The notes beneath the pieces were generated by a model. That model saw only the letters and a program-made list of their open reading frames with translations, ran no database searches and had not been told where the DNA came from. From Lepidodermella squamata (lineage: Eukaryota > Animalia > Gastrotricha): DNA of 64,000 nt. The first letter of the stretch is position 1; every line of letters starts with the position of its first letter. Positions 26,071 to 38,739 of this stretch are shown here, one piece after another. The stretch is taken from assembly GCA_047495785.1 (NCBI GenBank), contig JBLDXI010000007.1:2232001-2296000 (forward strand), written 5' to 3'. Position numbers and translations under genes: made by a program.

Positions 26071-28239
26071 ATGGTCAAGTGTCACCTTGTTGCTGCGATA
26101 GGCATCTCCGCCCTAATGGCGCCTATCGTCTACGCGCAATTCTATCCGCCAAGTGCTGGGCGAAATTATGGTCAAGGGCTCTCGCTATGGGGCGCCCAGC
26201 CGACCCAGCGCTTTCCTGCCCCTCAACCTGCTCTTGCGCGCCAATCGTCACGTCAGCAACCAGATTCGCCGAGTTACGATGATTACGACCCAAGTTGGAG
26301 GTAACATACTTAGTTTGACTTTTATTTAGCCCCTGTAAACGAAATCATCTCCTTCTGTTTGATGTCTAGCTCTGATGAAGAAGGGTCTTCTTTTCATGAT
26401 GAGATTAAAGGGGTTCAATACGTTCAACCCGTTCAACGGGCGAATATTTCTCTCGAACATCCAGCCAGTAGCTTCAAAGTCGTTCCTATTCATATTGCTT
26501 ACGGGTACCCTCACTGAGTATAAAGCTTTGGCCTACCGCATAATGTTGTTGATTTCACGAGTTTAAATTGTTTTTGTTGACATTTAGCCGATCAAGCAGA
26601 CAACAAGCTCCTCCAGCAGCACAATCTCAGACTCCTCAACAGGTGCAACAACCTGGATTAATTCCGTTACAGGCTTCGTTCCCATCCAGCGGGTAATTTT
26701 TAGCTAAAATATCGAAGGCAAAAATCATGTTTGCCATTCATTAGATTGCAGTCCCAGGGCCTCTCTGGACCTCTTGCATTCATGCCTGGTGTTTTAACAA
26801 CTCAACGAACTCTTATAGCTCCTCCCATGCCGGCTTCCTTTGGTCAAACCAGTGATTCTCAGCAAAATGCTTTGTTTGGCCGCGCTCCAGTCCCGCAGGC
26901 CCCAGTAGCCACACCCGAGCCTCGTATGCTTGGCGTAACGCCAAATTATGGCGATCCGAATCCAATTCAGTCGGCCCAGCAACCATCACAATACCAGTAC
27001 GGATCCCCATATGGCCAGTCTCGTTTCCAACCGCAACAAGGCTATGATAACCAACCACAGGATTTCAATAACCAGCCCCAGCAAGGATATAACCAGCCTC
27101 AGCAGGGATTTAATCAACCCCAGCAAGGATATAACCAGCCTCAGCAGGGATTTAACCAACCCCAGCAAGGATATAACCAGCCTCAGCAAGGTTATAACCA
27201 GCCTCAGCAAGGATACAACAACTACCAGGATCCTTACGCTGGCCAGCAGCAAAATCAGGATCCTTATTATCAGCAACCTCAACGAGGCGGTAATTTCGGT
27301 GGTCAGCAGTCGCCATACTACCAGTCCGGGCCACCATCCAGGGGCTGGCAGCAACCTTCCCGTGGTGGGATGACGACGCCCCAACCTAACGATTACGATT
27401 ACGATGCCGAGCCGAATTACCCACCGCAATCCCGGCCCCAGCAACCTCAACGACAGCAGCCGCTCCCTCAAGACCGACCCCCTGTTAACACAGTGCCTCA
27501 AGGCAGGCCGCCAGTTAACACTATGACGGCTCGAGAACTTCAGCAGTTGCAGGAATTACAGCGCCGCCAGTTCGGCGCTCCAGAGCCAAATTCTTATCAG
27601 CAACCATCGGGACCTTCACAAGCACCTGGTCCTCAGGTACCAATCTACGGCCTTCCTGCCAACCAGCCGGATCAGCCTAATGCGAGACCTGACTCACCGT
27701 CAACACGACCTGGGGAGGTAGTTGCGAAAGAAAACAAAGATCCGAAAGTTACGACAGTCTTCCTACAAAAACCCGACGAATCTGCGATTCCAGTTGAGTT
27801 TATAACTAGCAACGGACCTGTTGAGCCCCAAGCGCCCCCTCCACCACCGCCTGCCGCTGCACCTGCAGGTGGATCAGGTTTCGGTGGAATTGGAGGTTTC
27901 GGCCCGGTTCCACCTGCCGGAGGCTACGGCGCTGGTTTTGGTAACCCGTTAGCTCGAGGTAATAGTATGCCGATTTTCGGTTCGCAAAATGGCCTTTTGG
28001 GAGCTAATAACGCACTGGGAGGAGCTGGTGGCTTCGGACAAGGCGGACTTGGAGCCCTATCGAGTCTACCTCAAAGCGGTGCATTTAGAAGCCCATCTAG
28101 CGCTGCTGTATTCGGCGGCGGCGGCTCTTTCGTTCCTGGTTTGTCGAACCCTTTAGGAGGTAGCGGAGGTCTGTCAAACAGCTCGCCGAGATATCCGCAA
28201 CAAAGCAGCGGCCAATCTCGCCAGCAGCCGGATTATTGA
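26071..28239 (+). CDS. Secreted low-complexity Q/P/G/Y-rich protein D with QPQQG[YF]N repeats, 3 exons
   Basis: Signal peptide MVKCHLVAAIGISALMAPIVYA. Exons ~26071-26300, 26588-26692 and 26745-28239 splice in frame (two phase-2 introns). Confidence 0.8.
27028..27219 (+). repeat. Coding 21-nt tandem repeat (QPQQG[Y/F]N)
   Basis: Seven QPQQG[YF]N units plus two degenerate units within the protein D ORF. Confidence 0.9.
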
Positions 28240-28554
28240 TGTTTTTTATTGATCAATATGTTTCAAACCAATCGGTATTTCAGTCATACGTGAAGGCCCG
28301 ACTTGATCGACCGTTGTTGTGCAAATATAATGAAGAATGCTACGCTACTGCCACGAAAAAGCGTGTGATGATGCTCTACGTCCGCCATCTTTTATTCTAT
28401 ATTTTCTTTTGTCAAGTGTGTGCTGCAAGCGGAAGGAAATTAATAAATTAAAACGTTTTATCGGTAAATCGGTATTTCGGTTGATTTGACACAACGAGAA
28501 AAGCTGTTGGGAAGGCTGAAAAAGCTTTGAACCCTCCATCAGCGTGAATAGAAA

Positions 28555-30368
28555 ATGCGACGATCCTTTATTGCATGCGTCCTTGTTCTTGGACTTGCCT
28601 CTGGAGTCAGAGGAGCCGCAAATGATTCGTTCGCAGAAGCTCTTGCTCGGGCGAAGGCCAGTGAATATTGCGATAATTTACTTGCTGACAGCATTCAAGC
28701 GAACGATGAGAAGAAGTACTCGCTGCCTAGAATTTCGACCAATATTGACATGAAGGTTATCCTCATCTCGCTTAACGACGTCGTAAGTTAAGGAGGCTGC
28801 ACTGTATTCAATCTGGTAACACATTTTCTCAGGATGACTTATCAGAAATGGTTTCCATAACCGCTATAGTCCACTTCAAATGGTTGGTAAAATAATTAAA
28901 ATTGTTCAGAAATATACTCTTGGCATATGGTTTTACAGGACGGATGAAAGATTGGCTATAACTGATCCAGCTTGCCATGGGGAAACTATCAGCATGCCTG
29001 CTACTAGCATTTGGTATCCCCATTTCGCTGGTAATATCATAAATCTATCCTGTGATTGAGCTTAATTACATCTTTTTTAGTTCAAAATGGAGCTTCGTAA
29101 GATTCCAAGATATATCATTAGGTTTTTACTGAATTCTTTCACGAAATTTCAGTCAAGTTTTGTATCCCGATGCTTGGCAAAACGTAAAGCATTTAATTAC
29201 ACTATCTAAAACTTCATTTTTTTTTAACTCGAAATTTAGTTTCCGGTCTTGCTGAGAACTGATGGCTTTGTGGAATGGCGAGTTGCTTTCAAGTTCGATT
29301 TGAATTGGTAAAATTCCAAGGGTTATGTTTTGTTACAATTTATCGCTTTTCTCACCCAGTGATATGAATTTCTTTCTTTTCCCGTTCGACACTCAATACT
29401 GTCGCCTTCTGATAATTTCCCCACTTGAGGACACCGGCGAAATCATATACAACGTAACTGATCGCACTCGGGGGATAGTTTTAATGGATGAGAGCGCAAG
29501 CCATCCACTGTGGTAAGTTATATAGGTTCCTATAACGATTCTATTTCTTATGCTTTGATTTCAGGCGACTAGATGGGCAGGCTATTCGATACTCAAACAC
29601 CATACCAGGGATGCACTTTTGGCTTAAAATTGAAAGTAATTTGCGGATATATCATAACTCTCTTCCTACACAAAGCATTTATTTACAGGGAAGTTCTCCT
29701 ACTACGTTTGGACTATTGCGTTTCCTTTAGGTGCGGTCTTGAAGTGTTTTAGCTTAACAGCTGAACGTTTCCTTGTTTCTCAGTGTGCGTCTACGTCATG
29801 ACTGCTGCGACATTCATCATACCTGCAAAAGGCGAAGAAAAAATGAATACGATCATCAACGCACTGATTTCGTATTTCATTCTCTACGTGATGTTTGTCG
29901 CCGCCATCCCAGCTACATCCGACGAAATTCCTATGCTGATGACTTTCTTCATTTTCCACATAAGTATGCCCTCTCGATTGAGTCTCATTCATTCCTTTAA
30001 TGCGAAAAATTTTTCTAGTGGTAACTGCGCTTATCAACATCTTATGTGCTGCCATCCTTCGAGTCCTCGGAAATGAGGAAGCCGAGGAAGAAGCTGAAAA
30101 AGAAAAAGAAGAAGACCGCGTCAAAAGCGGAAAGCAAATGGATCCGCGCCTCATCTCAAACAACCCTCAAGAGCAACCAGCTGACGAAAAGCCGAAGAAA
30201 AAGTTCAAAATAACGGCAGTTATGCTGAACGAAGCAGCCCTGATATTTTACATCATCCTTTGCCTTGTCAGCTCTGTTGGCTTCTGTGTTCAAGTCGCCT
30301 TGGTTCGATCTGCCGAGAAGTTTGAATTCGAGTTTACGAAACTTCAAGTTTATCAAGAAGGCGAATAA
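28555..30368 (+). CDS. Cys-loop ligand-gated ion channel subunit LGIC1 (type A, divergent, intron-rich)
   Basis: Signal peptide; Cys-loop CDMNFFLFPFDTQYC; M1-M2 TFIIPAKGEEKMNTIINALISY; M4 MLNEAALIFY. Confidence 0.88.
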
Positions 30369-30619
30369 AAGCAACCAATTGAATGGCTGAAAGCTGAATC
30401 GATATTTAACAGAAACTTAATTACTAATTCATGGTTGGGAAAAACATGGGAAAAATCGAAGCGTTGTTACCAATCTGATAAATAAATTAAAGACTTCTTG
30501 CAACAGAATCGTTAATGAGCTGTACTCGAAAGAATTATACAAGTAAAAAGTAGATTACTTTGATAATAGCCCAACCCAGTTTTTCATCGCTGTTTTTTTT
30601 GCGAAGGTCTCATTCAAAA

Positions 30620-32542
30620 ATGAAGTTGGCTCTGCTTCTTCTACTTGCATTCGAGTTTGCGGTTTGTGATGAAAACAATGCAAGAACTGGCATATTCACA
30701 TTTCGCTACGATCCTGATGCCATGACTTTGGAGGATGATGACAGTTTCGAGCCTAATGAGGAAGTGATGGCAATCCGAAAAAATTCAGCAAATCTTACTG
30801 CTGAAGCTGTAGTTTGTGATAATCTGATCTACGCGAGTTTACAGGCCAGTGCTGATGATAAGAATAGTGCTCCCAGTTCACCAACTATCGTCGACGTGAA
30901 ATTACTGTTACTCAGCTTGAACGGCATTTCTGATGGTAATTTAAGCTTTTCAGTGGTCAGAATGGCCTAATCTCTGTATGTAGTTAGTGGAGTTGTCTCA
31001 CTGACCGCTGAACTTGCCTTCCGCTGGTTTGATCATCGAGTTGCTTTACCAGATGAAATTGGATGTGAGTCAGAATCTCTTCAAGTTACAACAACAAATA
31101 TATGGGTATGATTAGGTATCTGAACACAAATGACAAACTTATTTGATCCTTAATCACAATAGTTTCCGTATTTTTTGCTGTCTAACGGCGCAGACGTAAG
31201 TTGGCTTAGATTAATGATTAATGTCTCATTTTTAAACAAATTTTTATTATTCCAGGCGATATTCTACCCAGGTTTTGCTGCAGATCACCATTAAACCATA
31301 AGATCTCAATGGATTTTTGTTATCTCAGATTCTTTCCAGAATTTTCCAACCCTTGTTCATTCTCATGGCTTGTTGGAATGGAAAGTTTCCTTTCAGTTCA
31401 CCCTCTCGTGCGATGTCGATGTTTCATCATTCCCCTTCGACATACAACAGTGCCCGTTCATATTCGAATCGCCTCATTACGAACAGGATGAGCTCGTGTT
31501 CCAAACTTGGAACAAGTCTCGAGCTGTCGTCATGATAAACGACGACGTTAACCATCCCCTGTGGTAAACAGTCTTTATTGACTTCCTTTCAGGTTAGGGA
31601 AATGTATTTCGGCCATTTTCAGGCAAGTGACCGGACAAGCTGTGGTATTCAATCATGAAGTCCCGGGTGCCACGTTTTGGATGGAGTACAGAAGTAAGAA
31701 TAAGACTCCAGCTTGTCATTTCGATTAAGGAGGATTTTATTTAGGGAAATACCAATATTACATCGACACCTTGGCACTTCCTATGAGTAAGGAACTTCAA
31801 ATTTTGAAAATTACATACAATTATCGCACTTTCTTCCCGCAGTTGCTGTGTTTCTTCAAACGCTTGGTTCGCTGCTTATCTTTTTATCATGGTAATCATG
31901 AAAATTCTGCTCCATTTCAGCGACCTTCGTTCTGCCTCCGGATAATGGCGAAAAGCTCTCGACAGGAACAGCTGGACTTCTTTCCTATTTCTTCTTGTTC
32001 CTCCTTATTTCATCGACTATGCCTCAAACCAGCACGAAAATTCCATATCTACTCATCTTTTTCGCGATCCAAATCAGTAAGCTGAAGAAGCAGCGTTTAA
32101 ATCCATATATTATCGTTTCTATCTTTCAGTACTTTCTATTGGAGTGGTCATAGTCTGCAGTATTATGGGTCGTCTGGTTTGCCTAGAGATCGCCGATGAA
32201 GAAAGAGATAAGCGTGTGGAATCAGCCACTCGAAAGTTCTCCGGTCACATCAAAAGTGCTCGAGCTGTTTCGGCATTTCGTGTCATGAAAATTACGAAAT
32301 CAGCCGCCGGTCAGCAACGATTCACCCCCACTAAATTGGTCGAATCAGCTGCAAAATCTCTGAAAAAGCGATGCATCTCCTCAAAAATGTTTAACGACAT
32401 CTGCCTGATCGGCTACATCGCTTTAACAGTCAATTCAATGGTCATCTACGTCGTGGCTGTTGTTGTTGGTCTTGGAAATCGAACTTCCTCCAGCAATTAC
32501 GTCAAAGTCACCCCGGTTCAAGAATTTCAATATGGAGAGTGA
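30620..32542 (+). CDS. Cys-loop LGIC subunit LGIC2 (type A, subfamily a)
   Basis: Signal MKLALLLLLAFEFAVC; Cys-loop CDVDVSSFPFDIQQC; M2 GEKLSTGTAGLLSYFFLFLL; M4 FNDICLIGYI. Confidence 0.9.
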
Positions 32543-32799
32543 ACAGCTAACCTTGGTCCATGAACTTAATTAGTCGTCCTAATTTCAGACTGATGTTTAC
32601 AAAGTTTAATATAAACCTTGAAGCTTCATCGATAATTAATGAAATCGAACGCTTATTAAGCTGAGAAACTCTCGAACAAAAGATAGACTTGCTAGCACCG
32701 TAGGCCGTTGTGAGGGGTATTTAATTATTAAATCAGTAAGAGTCCAACTCAATCCATCGATGGATGTGTTCGTTTTTTTATGTTAAAGAGATTAAAGAG

Positions 32800-34672
32800 A
32801 TGTCACCAGGAAATCTCATCTCTTCAAGTTTGATAGTTTCCTTGATCGGCGTTGGACTCTGCGTTGCCGCAGAAGCTGAAGAGAAGCGAGTTACCGGTGT
32901 GTTTCACTTCAAGTACAACCCTGACGGGGTCAGCTTGGCTGATGATGACAGCGCAGAACCGAGTGAAGAAGTTATGAAGGTCCGGGCCAATTCCGACAAC
33001 TTAACAGAAGAGGCGAAAGTCTGCGATCATTTGATCTATAACAATTTACTCGCCAATGCCGACGATAAAAACAGCGCCCCGTACTCGCCAACTGTTGTCG
33101 ATGTTAAGCTTGTTCTAATCAGTCTAAACGGAATTTCAGATGGTATTGAACCTTTAACAATAAATGTTGATCTGCAACAACTTTTTCTCAGTGAATGGTG
33201 TCGTTTCGCTTACTGCTGAACTAGGTCTGCGTTGGTTTGATCACAGGCTGGCTTTACCTGATGAAGTCGGATGTGAGTTCGAAAAGCTGCAGGTTCCTAC
33301 AACAACGCTATGGGTAATTCTTCGATTTCCAGAGAAATTACTAGTTTTATTTATCTCAAAAATTCAGTTTCCCTACTTTCTGGTTCAAAATGGCGCCGAT
33401 GTGAGTAATTAACAATGCTTATCTTATTAATGAACAAAACCTCTACGTCTTTTACCAGAGTGTATTCTACCCAGGTAAGAAATAACCAAATGTACTGTTA
33501 CTATGTTCGCTCATGCCATGAGTAGACTCGTTTCAAAATTTTCCGACTCTGCTCCACTCGCATGGGCTGCTTGAGTGGCGAGTAGCTTTCAAATTCACGC
33601 TCGCATGTGATGTTGACGTCTCTACATTTCCGTTCGATGTTCAGCAATGTCCTTTTACTTTTGAATCGATGCACTTCGAGAAAGATGAGCTCGTATTTCA
33701 AACTTGGAACAAATCTAGAGCCGTCGTTCTACTCGGTGATCATGTTCATCATCCTCTATGGCAGATTATTGGCCAAGCTGTGATACAAACCCATGAAGTA
33801 CCAGGTTTAACATTCTGGATCGAGTATAGGAGTGAGTTTACTCAGAAATGTCCACTTCTTCCTAATGCGATTTACAAAAGGAAAATATGAATACTACATC
33901 TTCACCCTGGCTCTACCTATGAGTAAGGAATGCCGGACCCTTTAAATCTTGACTAATCATCCTAATTTTTCAGTTGCCGTTTTCCTTCAAACCTTAGGTA
34001 AGATGATTAAATTCTCCTTTTGCTACAATCCTCATTTTGACAATGTTAAGCGACTTTTGTTCTGCCGTCGGATAATGGGGAAAAGTTGTCGACTGGAACT
34101 GCAGGCCTGCTATCCTATTTCTTTCTATTTCTCCTGATATCATCCACCATGCCCCAAACAAGTACGAAAATCCCGTATCTTCTCATCTTTTTCGCCACTC
34201 AGATCAGTAAGACTACAACTTTATTAAATCTTCTTCATTTGCTCATTTCGTTTAAAAAGTTCTGTCGATTGGTGTCGTAGTGGTCTGCAGTATCATGGGA
34301 AGAATGGTCTGCCACGAAATAGCAGATGAGGAGGCTGCTAAACGTGTCGAATCAGCGACTCGCAAATTTTCTGGCCGCCTTAAGAGCTCTCGAGCTATTT
34401 CAGCGTTTCGCGTAATGAAAATTACCCAGTCAGCGGCCGGGCAACACCGATTCTCCCCATCAAGAATTGTTGACAATGCTGCGAAATCTCTGAAAAAACG
34501 CTGCATCTCTGCCAAGATGTTCAACGACATTTGCTTGATTGGCTACATCGCTTTGACAGTCAATTCAATGATTATTTACATTGTGGCTGTTGCCGTCGGG
34601 CTTGGAGGCCGTACTTCGGCTAGCAACTACGTCAAGGTCACACCCGTTGAAGAGTTTCAATACGGAGAATAA
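32800..34672 (+). CDS. Cys-loop LGIC subunit LGIC3 (type A, subfamily a)
   Basis: Signal MSPGNLISSSLIVSLIGVGLCVAA; Cys-loop CDVDVSTFPFDVQQC; M2 GEKLSTGTAGLLSY. Close paralogue of LGIC2 and LGIC4. Confidence 0.9.
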
Positions 34673-34835
34673 TCTACCATGGCAATATTGACCTGTTTTA
34701 ATAATTGAGATAGTTCATCTTTAACACGCGAGATATAAATCGATTAGGGACTTGCTAACGATGGATTCATGAATTTTTCAAGTAAATTGATCAGTAGCAT
34801 CTTGCTTTGTCTTATCAAGCCACAGAAATAAATTG

Positions 34836-36665
34836 ATGACACTAAAAATGTGGACCTTTTACTTTTTCCTTCTGAGCTTCAAGCTCAACTTTGTTAGTTC
34901 CGCCGCTGAGACTCCTGTAACAGGCGTGTTCCCATTCAAATACAACCCCGACGCACCAACTCATGAGGATGATGATAGCGAGGAACCAAGTGAACGAGTC
35001 GCTGAGATTCGGAAGAATTCGGCCAATTTGACCGCCGAAGCGAAAGTATGCGACCATCTGATTTATCTGAGCCTCCAAGCCAATCGCAACGACGCGAATA
35101 GTGCGCCACACTCACCAACTGTCGTCGATGCTAAATTGGTGGTTATTAGTCTGAATGGGATCTCAGATGGTAAAAATGTGTAGTCATTTTTACTATTCAT
35201 TTTTACTCTAAATCTCTTTCTTTATAGTCAACGGTGTTGTTTCATTAACAGCGGAACTTTCTTTGCGTTGGTTCGATGCTCGTCTTGCCTTACCTGATGA
35301 GATAGGATGTGAAATGGAAAAGCTCATCGTCCCTGCCACTATGCTTTGGGTAATCAAACTCCAAATTTCTCGCGTATAAATCATTCATTTTCTTTATCTT
35401 TATCAACAGTTTCCATATTTCGTCGTTCAAAATGGGGCAGATGTAAGAGGATTTTAAGCTTTTTTACTATAAACAACTGTACGCCACTTTTCAGACCGTT
35501 TTCTACCCAGATTCTTTCCAGAATTTTCCTATCCTAATTCATTCTCACGGCCTTCTGGAGTGGCGAATGGCATTCCAGTTTACTTTAGCCTGTGATGTCG
35601 ATGTTTCCACGTTTCCTTTCGACACCCAACAGTGTCCTTTCATCATCGAATCGATGCACTACGAAAGGGACGAGCTGAAATTCCAGACTTGGAACAAATC
35701 TAGGGCTGTTGTGATGCTAAGTGATGACGTATCTCACCCACTTTGGAGCATCACTGGGCAATATGTATCCGGCCTCTCTGAAGTTCCTGGGCTATCTTTC
35801 TGGATTCAATATGAAAGTAACTTAGTTTTTATTAAAAAACGAACCTTGACTATCTCAATGAATTTAGGAAAGCATCTTTACTACATCTACACTCTCGCCC
35901 TGCCAATGGGTAAGGATATTCAATATTTACTAAATAAATTGTAACATTCAGAAATTTTCAGCCGCTGTTTTCCTTCAAACTCTAGGTAAGAAATTGACAG
36001 GCAATTTTCATATAAGTAACTTTATCAGCTTCGATTGCACAGCTACGTTCGTCATTCCGGCGGATTATGGAGAGAAACTATCCACTGGAACAGCCGGTTT
36101 ACTGTCCTACTTCTTTCTGTTCTTACTGATATCGTCCACAATGCCCCAGACAAGCACGAAAATTCCCTACCTTCTCATATTTTTCGCAGTTCAAATAGGT
36201 ATGAAAATGCTCAAGATTCCATGAAGTGATTTTATTAGTTAACGAAACTTAGTATTTTCAATCGGGGTTGTCATCGCCTGTGCGGTTATGGGTAGACTGG
36301 TTTGCTTGGAAATCGCAGACGAAGAAGCGGCTAAACGAGTCGAATCAGCAACTCGCAAATTTTCAGGCCGCCTTAAAAGCTCCCGGGCTATTTCCGCTTT
36401 CCGGGTTATGAAAATCACGCAATCCGCAGCAGGACAGCGCCGCTTCTCACCGGCTCATCTTGTCCACAATGCAGCGGTTGGGCTCAAAAAGCGATGTGTC
36501 TCATCGAAGAAGTTCAACGACATCTGTTTGGTCGCTTACATAGCTCTGACTATCAACTCAATGATCATCTACGTGGTAGCAGTTGCGGTCGGGAGAAGTG
36601 GTCGCACTGCTCAAAGTAACTACATTCCAGTCACACCGGTGGAGATTTTCCAATTCGGAGAATGA
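34836..36665 (+). CDS. Cys-loop LGIC subunit LGIC4 (type A, subfamily a)
   Basis: Signal (start at 34836 or 34848); Cys-loop CDVDVSTFPFDTQQC; M2 GEKLSTGTAGLLSY. Confidence 0.9.
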
Positions 36666-36738
36666 AAATAGAGATATCACACAGAGATATAGACCTTATC
36701 AAACATAATTCCAAGGTTTTCAGTTTTGTGCTCTTAGC

Positions 36739-38497
36739 TTAAACTAAGGGTTCGTAGACTTTGATTGGAGTTGTATTGACCTTCAAATAGCCCTTGTTCA
36801 AGTTCCAGTAGACAAAGTAACCGATCGCCACTAGCGTAGTAATAATGACACAGACTGAGTAAACAATGAGACAGATGTCATTGAGTGCCTCCGAGTGAAT
36901 TTTAGCTTTTTTGAACTTGGCCGCCATTCTCGAAAGCAGGTCATTTTTAGCTTCGTATCTCTGAAGCTGTGTTGAAGCGACAGCATTTGAAGCTACCCTC
37001 GGAGCTGTGGATCGTTGGAACAGCGAGCTATAAATTCTCGGAATCGGCTGATGGGTTTGAGCTCCTTCAGGGGCAAGCTTTTCTTGGGCCTCTCGAAGCC
37101 GTTTATTATTCTCCTCTTCTTCCTTCTCCATGCAAACTAGTCGGCCGATTATGCTCGTTGCAAGCACGGCTATTGAAGTGATAACGATTTGAGACCCAAA
37201 GATACTCAACAAAGCCGGGCTTGTTTGAAAGCCAGTTTTGGGCATTGTATCGACAAAGAGTAGGAAAATGAAGAAGTACGACATCAGGCCAGACACTGCC
37301 GTTGAGAACTTCTCGCTATACGCTGCCGGGACAATGAAGGTCGCGGCAGTTTGGAAAAATATTGCAACTATTAAAAGCAATCTCAATCAAAGCTACATCA
37401 AAAATAAAAGTTAAAGAACCCAATGGAAATGCGAGAGTAAACATGTAGAACAGAGGTTTCCTGTCGAACTCCATCCAGAAAACGATTCCTGGCACTCTTT
37501 CCGTGAATTCGACGTATTGCCCTGAAATGTCCCAAACAGCGTTATTGACATCATCTGCCAATAGAACAACAGCTTTTCTTTTATCGGCCACCGTGTAATT
37601 CAGCTCTCCGTGTTTGAAATGCGGTGACTGAATGATGATCTTACACTGCTGCGTGTCGAAAGGGAATGTGCTGACATCCATATCACTTAGAATCGAACAA
37701 AATATTTTCGATCAAATCCTGATGTACAAGGTCATACCAAGCTAGTTCTAGGTAAAACGCCATACGCCTGCAAACAAATGACCTTAAATTTAAATGAAAC
37801 CTCGTATAATGAAGCTTACCACTCAATACGTCCATCTCCACTCAAGATGCTTGGATAGCTTTCAAAAGCTTCAGGATAGAAAATGTCCTGTCGTAAGCAA
37901 GCCATATTATGTCATCAAGGAGGAATTTGATTAATCTTACATTCGCTCCATTTTGAACTAAGAAATAAGGAAACCATAATTTCTGTGTATTCAGCAACAG
38001 AGTCTGACGGTCGCAACTTTCATTTTTAGGTAGAGCCAGACGGCGGTCGTACCATGTGAAATCAACTCGAACAGTAACTTTTAGCGTGGCACTTTCGTCC
38101 GTCAAGTCCGTCATTGAGATGAGAATAACCTTAACAATTCGAAGGTCAAATACGCAAAACTTGTAACGATTGTTACCTGTGTTTCAATCGTGAGAGGAAT
38201 TACTGGCTGAGTTCTGCTAATTTTTGGCTTCGATCTGAGATTGTTGTTTATTAATATGTCGCAACGATTGTTTTCTGCTGTTACATTGACGGAATTTGCC
38301 AGAAGCTTTCGCCCACGTTCACTATCGCCAGTTTCGCTTGAAGAGACTACGCCCGAATCTCCACTACTTACTGCTTCTTCCGGCGTCGTCGGGATAGAAT
38401 CTCCATCCGTTGTCGTCCAGCTATAGTCCGCGGCGCTTGTTGTAAAATCTGCCATCGCAACTCGCAATAGGATCGAGAAAAAAGCTATTACCTTCAT
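36739..38497 (-). CDS. Cys-loop LGIC subunit LGIC5 (type A, subfamily b)
   Basis: Signal MKVIAFFSILLRVAMA; LWFPYFLVQNG; Cys-loop CDMDVSTFPFDTQQC; M2 SEKFSTAVSGLMSY. Confidence 0.9.
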
Positions 38498-38739
38498 TTC
38501 GTTTCTTAGATTAAGTAATGTTGCAACTTGCTTCATGCTGGTAAGAAATTTCCATTCATCTGTTGCTCACACCTTGCTAAAGATCAATCAGCTTTCAGTC
38601 TTCAATCTAGGGTTCGTTCCCAAGGGCAAACTTATTTGATTGATGCTCGGCGTGATGATCAACAAGCCTTGATTCCAAGCACTGGTGCGAATAAATGAGA
38701 ATAGCCAAGCTTTGGCATATCATAATTGAAAAGTATAAC

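Noticed and set aside
26396-26517. Intronic C/D-box snoRNA (ATGATGA ... CTGA)
   Set aside because: No convincing terminal stem or recognisable rRNA guide; the in-phase alternative exon explains the region better.
27028-27219. CRISPR-like regular repeats
   Set aside because: No unique spacers, lies in frame within a eukaryotic coding exon, and no cas genes are present.
18864-27501. Long antisense and alternative-frame ORFs (poly-Leu, poly-Ser/Asn, Pro-rich)
   Set aside because: Shadows of the CAG/CAA- and GGN-rich sense genes, which lack stops in other frames.
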